Shown here: in pieces, positions 1 through 13,400 of the stretch
Layout: each line of letters starts with the position of its first letter
Position numbering within the stretch: the stretch's first letter is position 1
NCBI GenBank assembly: GCA_964016885.1
Contig: OZ024747.1
Span: 68,200,001-68,264,000, forward strand
Source: Eledone cirrhosa
Lineage: Eukaryota
DNA length: 64,000 nt
Direction: 5' to 3'
The notes under the pieces: model-generated
What the model was told of the DNA's origin: nothing
What the model saw: the letters and a program-made list of their open reading frames with translations, nothing else
Databases searched by the model: none
Position numbers and translations under genes: made by a program

Positions 1-303
1 TTTGTTTAAGGGTCTACAGGACAGTTCTCCATAAGAACTTCCCAACTTCACATTCGATGTTGCTGTGTGATCAACAACACTTTTTTTAATAGGTGGTTCA
101 TATGTCACTACATGTTCTTCTACATATTTGGGACTTAGTGGTTTCCTCGCAGATGTAGACCTACTTAGTGCTTTTAAATTAACATCAGCAGTTTGGCTGG
201 TGAGATGTTCATGTGGTAAAGGAACATAGTTTGGAATAATGGAGTTTTTATCAAGGGCTCCAGAATTAAAAGTCAGATCTTTCAATCTTTGGTTCTCAAT
301 AAC
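1..303 (-). CDS. Host gene exon (runs off window start): VIENQRLKDLTFNSGALDKNSIIPNY...SYGELSCRPLNK
   Basis: Minus-strand acceptor ttttgttttacttctag|GTT; stop-free for 101 codons to the window edge; phase 0 matches the exon at 1070-1171. Confidence 0.85.
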
Positions 304-519
304 CTAGAAGTAAAACAAAATAAAATAATAGAACTCATACAAGCAATGAAGAACTTCAAACAATGTTAAAAAGAATTTGAGAAAACTTTATGTAATGTCC
401 ATTTTGTATCATTTAACCCTTTTGATACCAAATCCCATGGAGCAACTCTGGTTCTTCACTAGAATATTGTTTGTTTTTATTCTAAAGTGTTTATATTTAT
501 CTAAAACACTTATATAACA

Positions 520-1050
520 GGATGCCTTTTCTAATGCCAACCACTTTAAAGATGTACTGGCTGCAACACAAGGAAGTCGGCATGTCCTTGACACAACTGA
601 AGAATCCTCTTAATACTTTGGCATTGTCTGGTTTCTATGGCTGAATATTCTGCCTAACATTAGCCAGTTTACAGAGTGTACTGTGTACATATAATAGCAC
701 CAGTTCTAGTGAGGTTGCCATGTCCTTGAAAACAATTGAGGAGTCCCTGCAATCCTTTGTTTGACATGGTTTCTATGGCTGGATGCCGTTTCTATTGCCA
801 ACCACTTTAGAGAGTATACAGGGTGTATTTTATCATGGCTCTAAGACAAGGGAGGTTGCCATGTCCTTGACATCACTCATGAGTCCTTTTAATCCTTTGT
901 TTGGTAAGGTTTCTACAGCTGGATACCCTTCATAACAGAGTACTTGGTACATTTGTATTGTGGTACCAACCCTGTCCTCTGAACATATTGTTTGTCATGG
1001 TTTCTACAGCTAGATGCTCTTCCTGACACCAACCACATTACAGGACATGA
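520..1050 (-). repeat. About five degenerate tandem copies of a ~120-bp unit related to the RTE/SINE 3' tail
   Basis: Recurring ggtttcta(t/c)(g/a)gctggatg...ccaaccacttta and gaggttgccatgtccttga motifs. Confidence 0.6.
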
Positions 1051-1069
1051 AATATAAAATAAGGTTTAC

Positions 1070-1171
1070 CTTAGAAACAACAACTTGCGCAAGTTGGTCC
1101 TCATAGGAATGGTGACCTTCAAAGGAGTCATCAGAAAGAGATGACAGATCTGACACTGCCTCATCAGATGT
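1070..1171 (-). CDS. Host gene exon: TSDEAVSDLSSLSDDSFEGHHSYEDQLAQVVVSK
   Basis: Long poly-T tract plus ctcag acceptor; AAG|gtaaac donor; 102 nt, phase 0-0, open frame. Confidence 0.88.
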
Positions 1172-1421
1172 CTGAGAAAAAAAAGGGAAAAAAAAAAAAG
1201 AAGAAAAAAAAAAAAAAAAAAAAAAAAATCAGTAATATTAACATTCAAACTTTTCATCGTATTATAAGTAAAATAGAACAGAGATTGTTGTCAGGGGTCA
1301 TTTAGGTCCATGGTACAGAGTTCTCAGCCAGAATTTGAAAGGTACAGTGTTCAATTCTCTATAGCAGTTGCTGGTCACCTTTTTTTCCATCTATTGTAGT
1401 ATTTTATCTCATTTTCTAAGC

Positions 1422-1588
1422 CAGCAGTTGGCCAACAAGTGGTCCGGGGACCAGTGGTGATCTGCGAGAAAATTTTGGTGGTCTGCAGAAAAATGTTAAT
1501 GTATTACAACAAATTCATATTAGCATTCCGTGAGATTTAAAATTATGAATTTAGTGGTCCATGGGGTCCGAAGGGTTGGCGACCACCG
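1422..1588. mobile_element. hAT-type MITE
   Basis: Imperfect TIRs cagcagttggccaac / gttggcgaccaccg; perfect 8-bp TSD ttctaagc at 1414-1421 and 1589-1596. Confidence 0.8.
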
Positions 1589-1674
1589 TTCTAAGCTATT
1601 ATTTATAGCAATCGATTGTGTTTGGTGTTATTTTTTCTGTGTTTTTGATTTTCTACATTTTCTCAGAATATGTA

Positions 1675-1785
<111 letters not shown>

Positions 1786-2575
1786 GATGAAATGAGCCTG
1801 AAGGGGTTGGTACTAAAAGCAGAGAAGTGTAACAATATTTAGGTCTCCATCTCCTTGTGAAATATACCTTCTTCCACCTTCTTACATTATTATTTAACCT
1901 CCCTCTCTTACCTCGTTATACCACTTTCATACATAATATGCACTCCCTCTCCATCCCCACCTTAATCTTCCAGCTCATTCACATCCCTGAATCCTCCTTT
2001 CCTGTCTAACCCATGCTAATATGGAAAGACAGATTCCCCCCCCCCCTCATCAGTTTACTGCCAGACATCATATGATTACTCACTCACTAAATGGTATGTA
2101 TGTACTCCTCCCCTTCTAATATGCCTCTCCATCACTCTCCCTACGTCACTGTATAACCTCCCAGTCTTATCCCTTCATACACAAACATACACTTGAGCTA
2201 CGCCTTAGCTACCTTAGTATTCTCCAAACGAAGTAGAAAACTCTGCTATTTATACACTTGATCATAGTTTTTTTTTTTTTTTTGTTGTCTTTTATTACCT
2301 AAGGGAGGTAATAAAAATTTCCTAACACGTTCAATGTCTATTCCAGTTATCTCCCTTGCAACTTCCATTTAATTATATTACAAAATTTAGTCGAGCTAGC
2401 GAGGTAGCCATTATGTAGTAGTTTCATCTACTAGAAATAGCAGTTAAATCACCCTCAAATCCCACAAAAGGATTCTACAAAATCAATAGATGTAAAACCC
2501 CACAGATCAAGAGGTGAAAACCCTATGCAGAACCTATTACCAGATCAACAAATGCAAAATCAATTATCAACTTAC

Positions 2576-2676
2576 CAGATCAACAGACTCTCCAAGATGA
2601 TCCTCAACCAAGCGGGAAACAATTTGTTTCACTTTGTGTGAAGAAACAGCAGAGTTCTCCTCTTCTTCAAGATAAT
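2576..2676 (-). CDS. Host gene exon: (Y)YLEEEENSAVSSHKVKQIVSRLVEDHLGESVDL
   Basis: Acceptor tttatttatcacag; CTG|gtaagt donor; 101 nt, phase 1-0, matches both neighbours. Confidence 0.88.
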
Positions 2677-2872
2677 CTGTGATAAATAAACAAACAAACA
2701 GTAGAAAATACATGTTGATTATTACGTATAGACAAACATAACACTGACAGTGAGCAATATGATATTTGAAAAGGTTGTAGTGGTCTGTCATCTCAACATC
2801 ATTTCCATTGTGTCGTGTGTGTGTGAAGAATCATATATACCTATAAGCATTTATATATACACACACACGTGT

Positions 2873-2917
<45 letters not shown>

Positions 2918-3070
2918 AATAAGGTTTTGTTGATGTATATCAAGAATGTGTAAATGACTATAACAGACACAGAAACATATGTTAAAGCCAATAAATTCCG
3001 CCTTGCCTTTCTCGCCGAAGTCTATATTTTTCTTGGTTCAATACTTGCTTATATGATATATATATATATG

Positions 3071-3508
3071 CGCATGGCTTAGTGGTTAGAGCATTGGGCT
3101 TACAATCTAAAGGTTGTGAGTTCAATTCTCGGACCGGGTGATGTGTTGTTTCCTTGAGCAAGACACTTTATTTCAGATTGCTCCAGTTTACTCAGCTGTA
3201 GAAATGAGATGATAGGACTGGGGTCCCTATCATTCCACTGCAAAGTGGTCGTGGAGGTGCCACGGCAAAAAAGCACCCAGCCCACACTGTAAAATGGACA
3301 TGTAGGCGCCACGGAAAAAAAGCACCCAGCCCACACTGTAAATGAGGTTGGTGTTAGGAAGGGCATCCAGCTGTAGAAATCAAGCCAGAATCAGTTCCCA
3401 TATGAGCAAGACAAGGTCAGCTGACCGGACACTGCCCACAACAGGACAACCCGTCTAACCCATGCTAGCGTGGGAGAACGGACGTAAAACAGTGATGATG
3501 ATGATGAT
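3071..3508 (+). mobile_element. tRNA-derived CORE-type SINE with RTE-derived 3' tail
   Basis: A-box tggcttagtgg and B-box gagttcaattc; CORE-like ccttgagcaagacactt...cagctgtagaaatgag; 3' half nearly identical to the RTE 3' UTR at 6100-6365; (GAT)n tail. Confidence 0.85.
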
Positions 3509-4320
3509 ATATATATAATGGAATGCATGAGCAAGACATGGTTCTGAGGCCTGGTCTCACCTCATTCAACCCATGCCATCATGAAAAACAATGATTATAT
3601 ACAGCTTTCTATATATTTATATACATTTGGTGTGTTTTGATATAGTCAAGTTGGACTAAACATAATTCTTCTCAAGATTCAGTTCTCTCCATTCTTCTTT
3701 TATATCTCTCTTCCCTTCTATGGAAGAAATTGGCTGTTTTGACCTGGAGAGGAGATGGGTTTCACCAGATTTAAAATGCCCAAGACATGTTATATATCAC
3801 AACAATGCTCCTACAACTCCATTAGGAGTTATACAGGTCCACACACAAATACACACACATATACAAAGCAATCAGAAGATGGTGGAATTATTACAGAAGT
3901 AGGGGAGTTGGTTTTTTGGGGGGAGGGGGTTTATTACATTTATTCATGTGCTTATACATGTTTCATTGTATCCATTATGTAACAGTCCTTACATCACATA
4001 AGAACAGAAAATATAATGTTATTCAATTTCCATGCACTAGATATTAATCCACTTCTTAAATACAGCTCATCAGAGATGACTATCATCAGCAGCATCGTTT
4101 TTACATCGGTTTTTCCAGTATATATATATCATCATCACGCTGGCATGGGTTAGATGAGTTGTCTCATTAGAAGCAAGTTGGGCCAGGTGACTGTGTGTTG
4201 CTCACATAGAACTAACGCTAACCACATTTACAGTGTGTGCTGGGTGCTTTTTGTTATGACTCCTACATGTATAGGCTTTATATGTATATATATATATATA
4301 TATGTATATATATAATTAGG

Positions 4321-4476
4321 GAGTGTAATGTGCAGTTACTGTAGGTTCACCCGGGTGAGTACTGAGTGTGTAGTTTCCCGTCTGTAAAGAGGTGTAGAAC
4401 TAAGTAGAGTGTAAATATAATAATAAAAGGACGATTTGTTATGTCTTCATTATGTTTATTGAGTAGTGATGTACGC

Positions 4477-4478
<2 letters not shown>
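4321..4478 (-). mobile_element. Short Penelope-like pLTR fragment between (TA)n tracts
   Basis: Reverse complement aligns with 62046-62095 plus 62325-62415, a copy carrying the GAAACGCGCGTC hammerhead 3' half. Confidence 0.6.
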
Positions 4479-4519
<41 letters not shown>

Positions 4520-4526
4520 TGAGGCG

Positions 4527-4590
4527 GAGACTTGACCGCAAGCGCAAGCAGTTTCAGCCTGTTACTTCTTTAAGCTTCTTCAGGAACAGA
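4527..4590 (-). ncRNA. Type I hammerhead ribozyme motif
   Basis: Minus strand reads CTGAAGA-agctt(loop)aggct-GAAA-ctgc(ttgcgctt)gcgg-TC; core, stem II and stem III intact; stem I weak. Confidence 0.6.
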
Positions 4591-4631
4591 GAGAAAGAAA
4601 AGAAGTAAATGTTAAATACGTCATGTTTACA

Positions 4632-4642
4632 CGTGTGTGTGT

Positions 4643-4695
<53 letters not shown>

Positions 4696-4750
4696 TGGTG
4701 TGTGTGTGTGTGTGTGGTGTGTGTGGTGTGTGGTGTGTGGTGTGTGTGTG

Positions 4751-4796
<46 letters not shown>

Positions 4797-4826
4797 TGTG
4801 GTGTGTGTGGTGTGTGTGGTGTGTGT

Positions 4827-4909
<83 letters not shown>

Positions 4910-4921
4910 GCGTGCGTGTGT
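4632..4921. repeat. Compound (TG)n/(GTGTG)n/(TGCG)n microsatellite
   Basis: Direct reading. Confidence 0.95.
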
Positions 4922-5324
4922 CTGTGTAAACAAGGTATTTGACATTTACTTTCTCTCTCTCTCACACACATACATACACAGAAATCACAATATGAAGAAT
5001 ATACAAGCTGCTCACTTTCAACAGCCAGCTGTAACCTCTGTGATAAATCAGAGAATAATTCCCGAATGTGGCTTCGATAGTTAACCATTATGTCACCAAC
5101 TGGAGATAGAAATAAAATCAATCAACTATTTCATTAAATGAGCATCATTGTTATCATCATCATCAACAACATATTTCATTATGATATAAATTCAACATTT
5201 AAACTATAAGCAATTTTGTGAAAATGTTTTTAAAAATATTGAATTCTGTCTCAAGCCCAGGGGTTAATCACACTGAAGCTCATCCCAGTTTCATTGGCAT
5301 TAAGTTATAGCGTACAAGTCCCCC

Positions 5325-5690
5325 AAACAAAAGTTCCTTGATGGCACTTACACTCGCCTGCTTCAACGCATTCAGAATATAAGCTGGAGACATCTGACTT
5401 TGAGAGAGATATATGCCGGCCTCCCACGCATATCTGTTGTTTTACGTAAAAAGAGAGTAAGATTTGCTGGCCACTACCATCGTGCCACCTATGAGGTTGT
5501 GTCCCCATTAGTGCTTTGGAAACTACAAGCAGTCACTAATAACAATGGGCGCAAGCTCTCCTATCCTGATGTCATCTCCAGATATTCTGGTATTGAAATC
5601 CAAGACTTGGCAACAGCAATGAACAACAGACCCAAGTGGAGATCAATTGCTGAGTCAATTTCGACTGAGGCCGCTGGAGGATGATGAAGG
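5325..5690 (+). mobile_element. 5'-truncated RTE/RTEX-type LINE 3' fragment
   Basis: Translation LDGTYTRLLQRIQNISWRH..LREIY..LPRISVVLRKKRVRFAGH...AMNNRPKWR is typical of the RTE-group ORF C-terminus. Confidence 0.75.
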
Positions 5691-5943
5691 TGTAAAATAA
5701 CGTTTGCGATCTGAATGAGTGAAATTAAATCCAATAGACCTGTTTATTTATTTAAAGACATAGTCTATGACCAGATAAGACAGTTTAGGCTGCATCCGCT
5801 CTTTTGTTGCTACAAAGCAAGATATTTACCTCACCTTGCCGCTCTAAATGACATTTAAGAGAAGCCTGGCCCTGGGCCATAGCCAATTTTCCCCTCACAC
5901 CTGAAGCAGTTTGTCTCAATAACCCAATTCTTGTTTGAGAAAT

Positions 5944-6365
5944 GGAGGTGATAAAAGCCGACCTTACCCAACTACACCTCTCAAAGTCAATGACACACGA
6001 CCGTGACTTCTGGCGTCACGCAGTAATACAGGGTACCCGACCTCCCATGGGTACATGCTGAAGCATATAAACAATATGCCCCCCCCCCCCCCACCGCAAG
6101 GTGGTCGTGGAGGTGCCACGGCAAAAAAGCACCCAGCCCACACTGTAAAGTGGACGTGTAGGCGCCACGAAAAAGCACCCAGCACTCACTGTAAATGAGG
6201 TTGGTGTTAGGAAGGGCATCCAGCTGTAGAAATCAAGCCAGATCAGTTCCTGTATGAGCAAGGCATGGTCAGCCGACCAGACACTGCCCACAACAGGACA
6301 ACCCGTCTAACCCATGCTAGCGTGGAAGAACGGACGTAAAACGGTGATGATGATGATGATGATGA
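5944..6365 (+). mobile_element. RTE LINE 3' end (family of the 34757-35625 copy)
   Basis: Encodes EVIKADLTQLHLSKSMTHDRDFWRHAVIQ; 3' UTR matches the reverse complement of 34757-35190; (GAT)n tail. Confidence 0.88.
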
Positions 6366-7409
6366 GGTCATTCGTCTAGGATGCTACAGGCCACAGCACT
6401 TTTTCTGACACCAACTTGATCACTTAAGTTACAAATCTGTGCACCACCCACAATGCAGAGGAGTGGAAGTTGACCGACTACAAGGCATTGGCTGACCATA
6501 TCCTTCTTGTGCTGGTTGTCAATGAAACATCTTTTTTCCTTTGAGAGGGGGCTCCTGGACTGCCATTTTCTTCTACCAAATGGGATCAAGAGACCATGAA
6601 AGTAGGGCAATCTATTTTAACTTCTCACAACATTGCTGCTATCAACTCATTTACTTCTTTATCTTTGAACTTTTACATTTTGTTTCACTTTTGATCTAAA
6701 CTCCATCCATCTACCTACTGTCGACCACTGTTACAACTACAACCAATACTAAGACCATGAATGTCACTGCCATATTATTTCTACTTTCTTTACCCCAGGG
6801 CTACCACTATTACCATCCCTTTTTCACTTCCTACTTTTATTATCACACCCTGTCTGTACTACCAATTCCTTCATACTACCATCAATGAAACAAAAAGGAA
6901 GCCGCAACATAGTTATTAACATGCTAGAAATAGCAACCAGATCTTTCTCAAATTACACTCTAGTGTATATCAAAAAAAGAGTTACAACACATTCTATAGT
7001 GTAGTCTACAGCTGACCTAAGATTAAACAACAGCACCATCACTACTATCACCATAAACAATGCAATTATCAGCACTACCAACACTACTATTCCTAACCAC
7101 CATCTCCACCTCCCTCCCTAATCCATCCAATAAATATCATAGGTGTTACAAATACCATTTACAACCTTATCACTTTACTAAGTAAATAATTGTTGTTATT
7201 GTTGCTGTTACAAGAGTGTTTATTGCCTTAAAGGACTGGATGTGTCAGACTATATGAGGTGGGGGGAGTGGGGGGGGGGGTGAAGGGGTGTGTTTAATGT
7301 CACAGAGGTGAAGGAGATGGCATAGACAGACAGCTTGAAAGACCACCAGATTAGCTATGCTCTATTAATCAATTAACTGTAGTAAAATGTGACATTAAAT
7401 ATCCCCATC

Positions 7410-10400
7410 ATAACCAGCAACAACACAATCATCACTATCAACAACACAGCCATCACTATCAACAACACAACCATCACTATCAACAACACAACCATCACTA
7501 TCAACAACACAGCCATCACTATCAACAACACAACCATCACTATCAACAACACAACCATCACTATCAACAACACAACCATCACTATCAACAACACAACCAT
7601 CACTATCAACAACACAACCATCACTATCAACAACACAACCATCACTATCAACAACACAATCATCACTATCAACAACACAGCCATCACTATCAACAACACA
7701 ACCATCACTATCAACAACACAACCATCACTATCAACAACACAGCCATCACTATCAACAACACAACCATTACTATCAACAACACAATCATCACTATCAACA
7801 ACACAGCCATCACTATCAACAACACAACCATCACTATCAACAACACAACCATCACTATCAACAACACAGCCATCACTATCAACAACACAACCATCACTAT
7901 CAACAACACAATCATCACTATCAACAACACAGCCATCACTATCAACAACACAGCCATCACTATCAACAACACAACCATCACTATCAACAACACAATCATC
8001 ACTATCAACAACACAGCCATCACTATCAACAACACAACCATCACTATCAACAACACAACCATCACTATCAACAACACAGCCATCACTATCAACAACACAA
8101 CCATCACTATCAACAACACAACCATCACTATCAACAACACAGCCATCACTATCAACAACACAACCATCACTATCAACAACACAACCATCACTATCAACAA
8201 CACAACCATCACTATCAACAACACAACCATCACTATCAACAACACAGCCATCACTATCAACAACACAGCCATCACTATCAACAACACAGCCATCACTATC
8301 AACAACACAGCCATCACTATCAACAACACAACCATCACTATCAACAACACAACCATCACTATCAAGAACACAACCATCACTATCAACAACACAACCATCA
8401 CTATCAACAACACAACCATCACTATCAACAACACAACCATCACTATCAACAACACAACCAACACTATCAACAACACAGCCATCACTATCAATAACACAAC
8501 CATCACTATCAATAACACAACCATCACTATCAACAACACAACCATCACTATCAACAACACAGCCATCACAATCAACAACACAACCATCACTATCAACAAC
8601 ACAACCATCACTATCAATAACACAACCATCACTATCAACAACACAACCATCACTAACAACAACACAACCATCACTATCAACAACACAACCATCACTATCA
8701 ACAACACAACCATCACTATCAACAACACAGCCATCACTATCAACAACACAGCCATCACTTTCAACAACACAACCATCACTATCAACAACACAACCATCAC
8801 TATCAACAACACAGCCATCACTATCAACAACACAACCATCACTATCAACAACACAACCATCACTATCAACAACACAACCATCACTTTCAATAACACAACC
8901 ATCACTATCAACAACACAGCCATCACTATCAACAACACAGCCATCACTATCAACAACACAGCCATCACTATCAACAACACAGCCATCACTATCAACAACA
9001 CAACCATCACTATCAACAACACAACCATCACTATCAACAACACAACCATCACTATCAACAACACAACCATCACTATCAACAACACAACCATCACTATCAA
9101 CAACACAACCATCACTATCAACAACACAACCATCACTATCAACAACACAACCATCACTATCAACAACACAACCAACACTATCAACAACACAGCCATCACT
9201 ATCAATAACACAACCATCACTATCAATAACACAACCATCACTATCAACAACACAACCATCACTATCAACAACACAGCCATCACAATCAACAACACAACCA
9301 ACACTATCAACAACACAACCATCACTATCAATAACACAACCATCACTATCAACAACACAACCATCACTAACAACAACACAACCATCACTATCAACAACAC
9401 AACCATCACTATCAACAACACAACCATCACTATCAACAACACAGCCATCACTATCAACAACACAGCCATCACTTTCAACAACACAACCATCACTATCAAC
9501 AACACAACCATCACTATCAACAACACAGCCATCACTATCAACAACACAACCATCACTATCAACAACACAACCATCACTATCAACAACACAAGCAACACAA
9601 CCATCACTATCAACAACACAACCATCACTATCAACAACACAGCCATCACTATCAACAACACAACCATCACTATCAACAACACAACCATCACTATCAACAA
9701 CACAGCCATCACTATCAACAACACAGCCATCACTATCAACAACACAACCATCACTATCAACAACACAACCATCACTATCAACAACACAGCCATCACTATC
9801 AACAACACAACCATCACTATCAACAACACAAGCAACACAACCATCACTATCAACAACACAACCATCACTATCAACAACACAACCATCACTATCAACAACA
9901 CAACCATCACTATCAACAACACAACCATCACTATCAACAACACAACCATCACTATCAACAACACAACCATCACTATCAACAACACAACCATCACTATCAA
10001 CAACACAGCCATCACTATCAACAACACAACCATCACTATCAACAACACAACCATCACTATCAACAACACAAGCAACACAACCATCACTATCAACAACACA
10101 ACCATCACTATCAACAACACAGCCATCACTATCAACAACACAACCATCACTATCAACAACACAGCCATCACTATCAACAACACAGCCATCACTATCAACA
10201 ACACAGCCATCACTATCAACAACACAACCATCACTATCAACAACACAGCCATCACTATCAACAACACAACCATCACTATCAACAACACAGCCATCACTAT
10301 CAACAACACAGCCATCACTATCAACAACACAACCATCACTATCAACAACACAGCCATCACTATCAACAACACAGCCATCACTATCAACAACACAGCCATC

Positions 10401-13400
10401 ACTATCAACAACACAACCATCACTATCAACAACACAACCATCACTATCAACAACACAAGCAACACAACCATCACTATCAACAACACAACCATCACTATCA
10501 ACAACACAGCCATCACTATCAACAACACAGCCATCACTATCAACAACACAACCATCACTATCAACAACACAAGCAACACAACCATCACTATCAACAACAC
10601 AACCATCACTATCAACAACACAGCCATCACTATCAACAACACAACCATCACTATCAACAACACAGCCATCACTATCAACAACACAGCCATCACTATCAAC
10701 AACACAACCATCACTATCAACAACACAGCCATCACTATCAACAACACAGCCATCACTATCAACAACACAACCATCACTATCAACAACACAGCCATCACTA
10801 TCAACAACACAACCATCACTATCAACAACACAGCCATCACTATCAACAACACAGCCATCACTATCAACAACACAACCATCACTATCAACAACACAGCCAT
10901 CACTATCAACAACACAGCCATCACTATCAACAACACAGCCATCACTATCAACAACACAGCCATCACTATCAATAACACAACCATCACTATCAACAACACA
11001 ACCATCACTATCAACAACACAGGCATCACTATCAACAACACAACCCTCACTATCAACAACACAGCCATCACAATCAACAACACAACCATCACTATCAACA
11101 ACACAACCATCACTATCAATAACACAACCATCACTATCAATAACACAACCATCACGATCAACAACACAGCCATCACTATCAACAACACAACCATCACTAT
11201 CAACAACACAACCATCACTATCAACAACACAACCATCACTATCAACAACACAACCATCACTATCAACAACACAGCCATCACTATCAACAACACAACCATC
11301 ACTATCAACAACACAACCATCACTATCAACAACACAACCATCACGATCAACAACACAACCATCACTATCAACAACACAACCATCACTATCAACAACACAG
11401 CCATCACTATCAACAACACAACCATCACTATCAACAACACAACCATCACTATCAACAACACAACAATCACTAACAACAACACAACCATCACTATCAACAA
11501 CACAACCATCACTATCAACAACACAGCCATCACTATCAACAACACAACCATCACTATCAACAACACAACAATCACTATCAACAACACAACCATCACTATC
11601 AACAACACAACCATCACTATCAACAACACAGCCATCACTATCAACAACACAACCATCACTATCAACAACACAACAATCACTAACAACAACACAACCATCA
11701 CTATCAACAACACAACCATCACTATCAACAACACAGGCATCACTATCAACAACACAACCATCACTATCAACAACACAACCATCACTATCAACAACACAAC
11801 CATCACTATCAACAACACAACCATCACTATCAACAACACAGCCATCACTATCAATAACACAACCATCACTATCAACAACACAGCCATCACTATCAACAAC
11901 ACAGCCATCACTATCAACAACACAGCCATCACTATCAACAACACAGCCATCACTATCAACAACACAACCATCACTATCAACAACACAGCCATCACTATCA
12001 ACAACACAGCCATCACTATCAACAACACAGCCATCACTATCAACAACACAGCCATCACTATCAATAACACAACCATCACTATCAATAACACAACCATCAC
12101 TATCAACAACACAGGCATCACTATCAACAACACAACCCTCACTATCAACAACACAGCCATCACAATCAACAACACAACCATCACTATCAACAACACAACC
12201 ATCACTATCAATAACACAACCATCACTATCAATAACACAACCATCACGATCAACAACACAGCCATCACTATCAACAACACAACCATCACTATCAACAACA
12301 CAACCATCACTATCAACAACACAACCATCACTATCAACAACACAACAATCACTAACAACAACACAACCATCACTATCAACAACACAACCATCACTATCAA
12401 CAACACAACCAACACTATCAACAACACAGCCATCACTATCAATAACACAACCATCACTATCAATAACACAACCATCACTATCAACAACACAACCATCACT
12501 ATCAACAACACAGCCATCACAATCAACAACACAACCAACACTATCAACAACACAACCATCACTATCAATAACACAACCATCACTATCAACAACACAACCA
12601 TCACTAACAACAACACAACCATCACTATCAACAACACAACCATCACTATCAACAACACAACCATCACTATCAACAACACAGCCATCACTATCAACAACAC
12701 AGCCATCACTTTCAACAACACAACCATCACTATCAACAACACAACCATCACTATCAACAACACAGCCATCACTATCAACAACACAACCATCACTATCAAC
12801 AACACAACCATCACTATCAACAACACAAGCAACACAACCATCACTATCAACAACACAACCATCACTATCAACAACACAGCCATCACTATCAACAACACAA
12901 CCATCACTATCAACAACACAACCATCACTATCAACAACACAGCCATCACTATCAACAACACAGCCATCACTATCAACAACACAACCATCACTATCAACAA
13001 CACAACCATCACTATCAACAACACAGCCATCACTATCAACAACACAACCATCACTATCAACAACACAAGCAACACAACCATCACTATCAACAACACAACC
13101 ATCACTATCAACAACACAACCATCACTATCAACAACACAACCATCACTATCAACAACACAACCATCACTATCAACAACACAACCATCACTATCAACAACA
13201 CAACCATCACTATCAACAACACAACCATCACTATCAACAACACAGCCATCACTATCAACAACACAACCATCACTATCAACAACACAACCATCACTATCAA
13301 CAACACAAGCAACACAACCATCACTATCAACAACACAACCATCACTATCAACAACACAGCCATCACTATCAACAACACAACCATCACTATCAACAACACA

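Noticed and set aside
3071-3140. tRNA genes at SINE heads
   Set aside because: A/B boxes are present but there is no complete cloverleaf, and they continue into SINE body sequence
6367-6610. Possible decayed LINE endonuclease fragment
   Set aside because: Too degenerate to assign by eye; needs BLASTX
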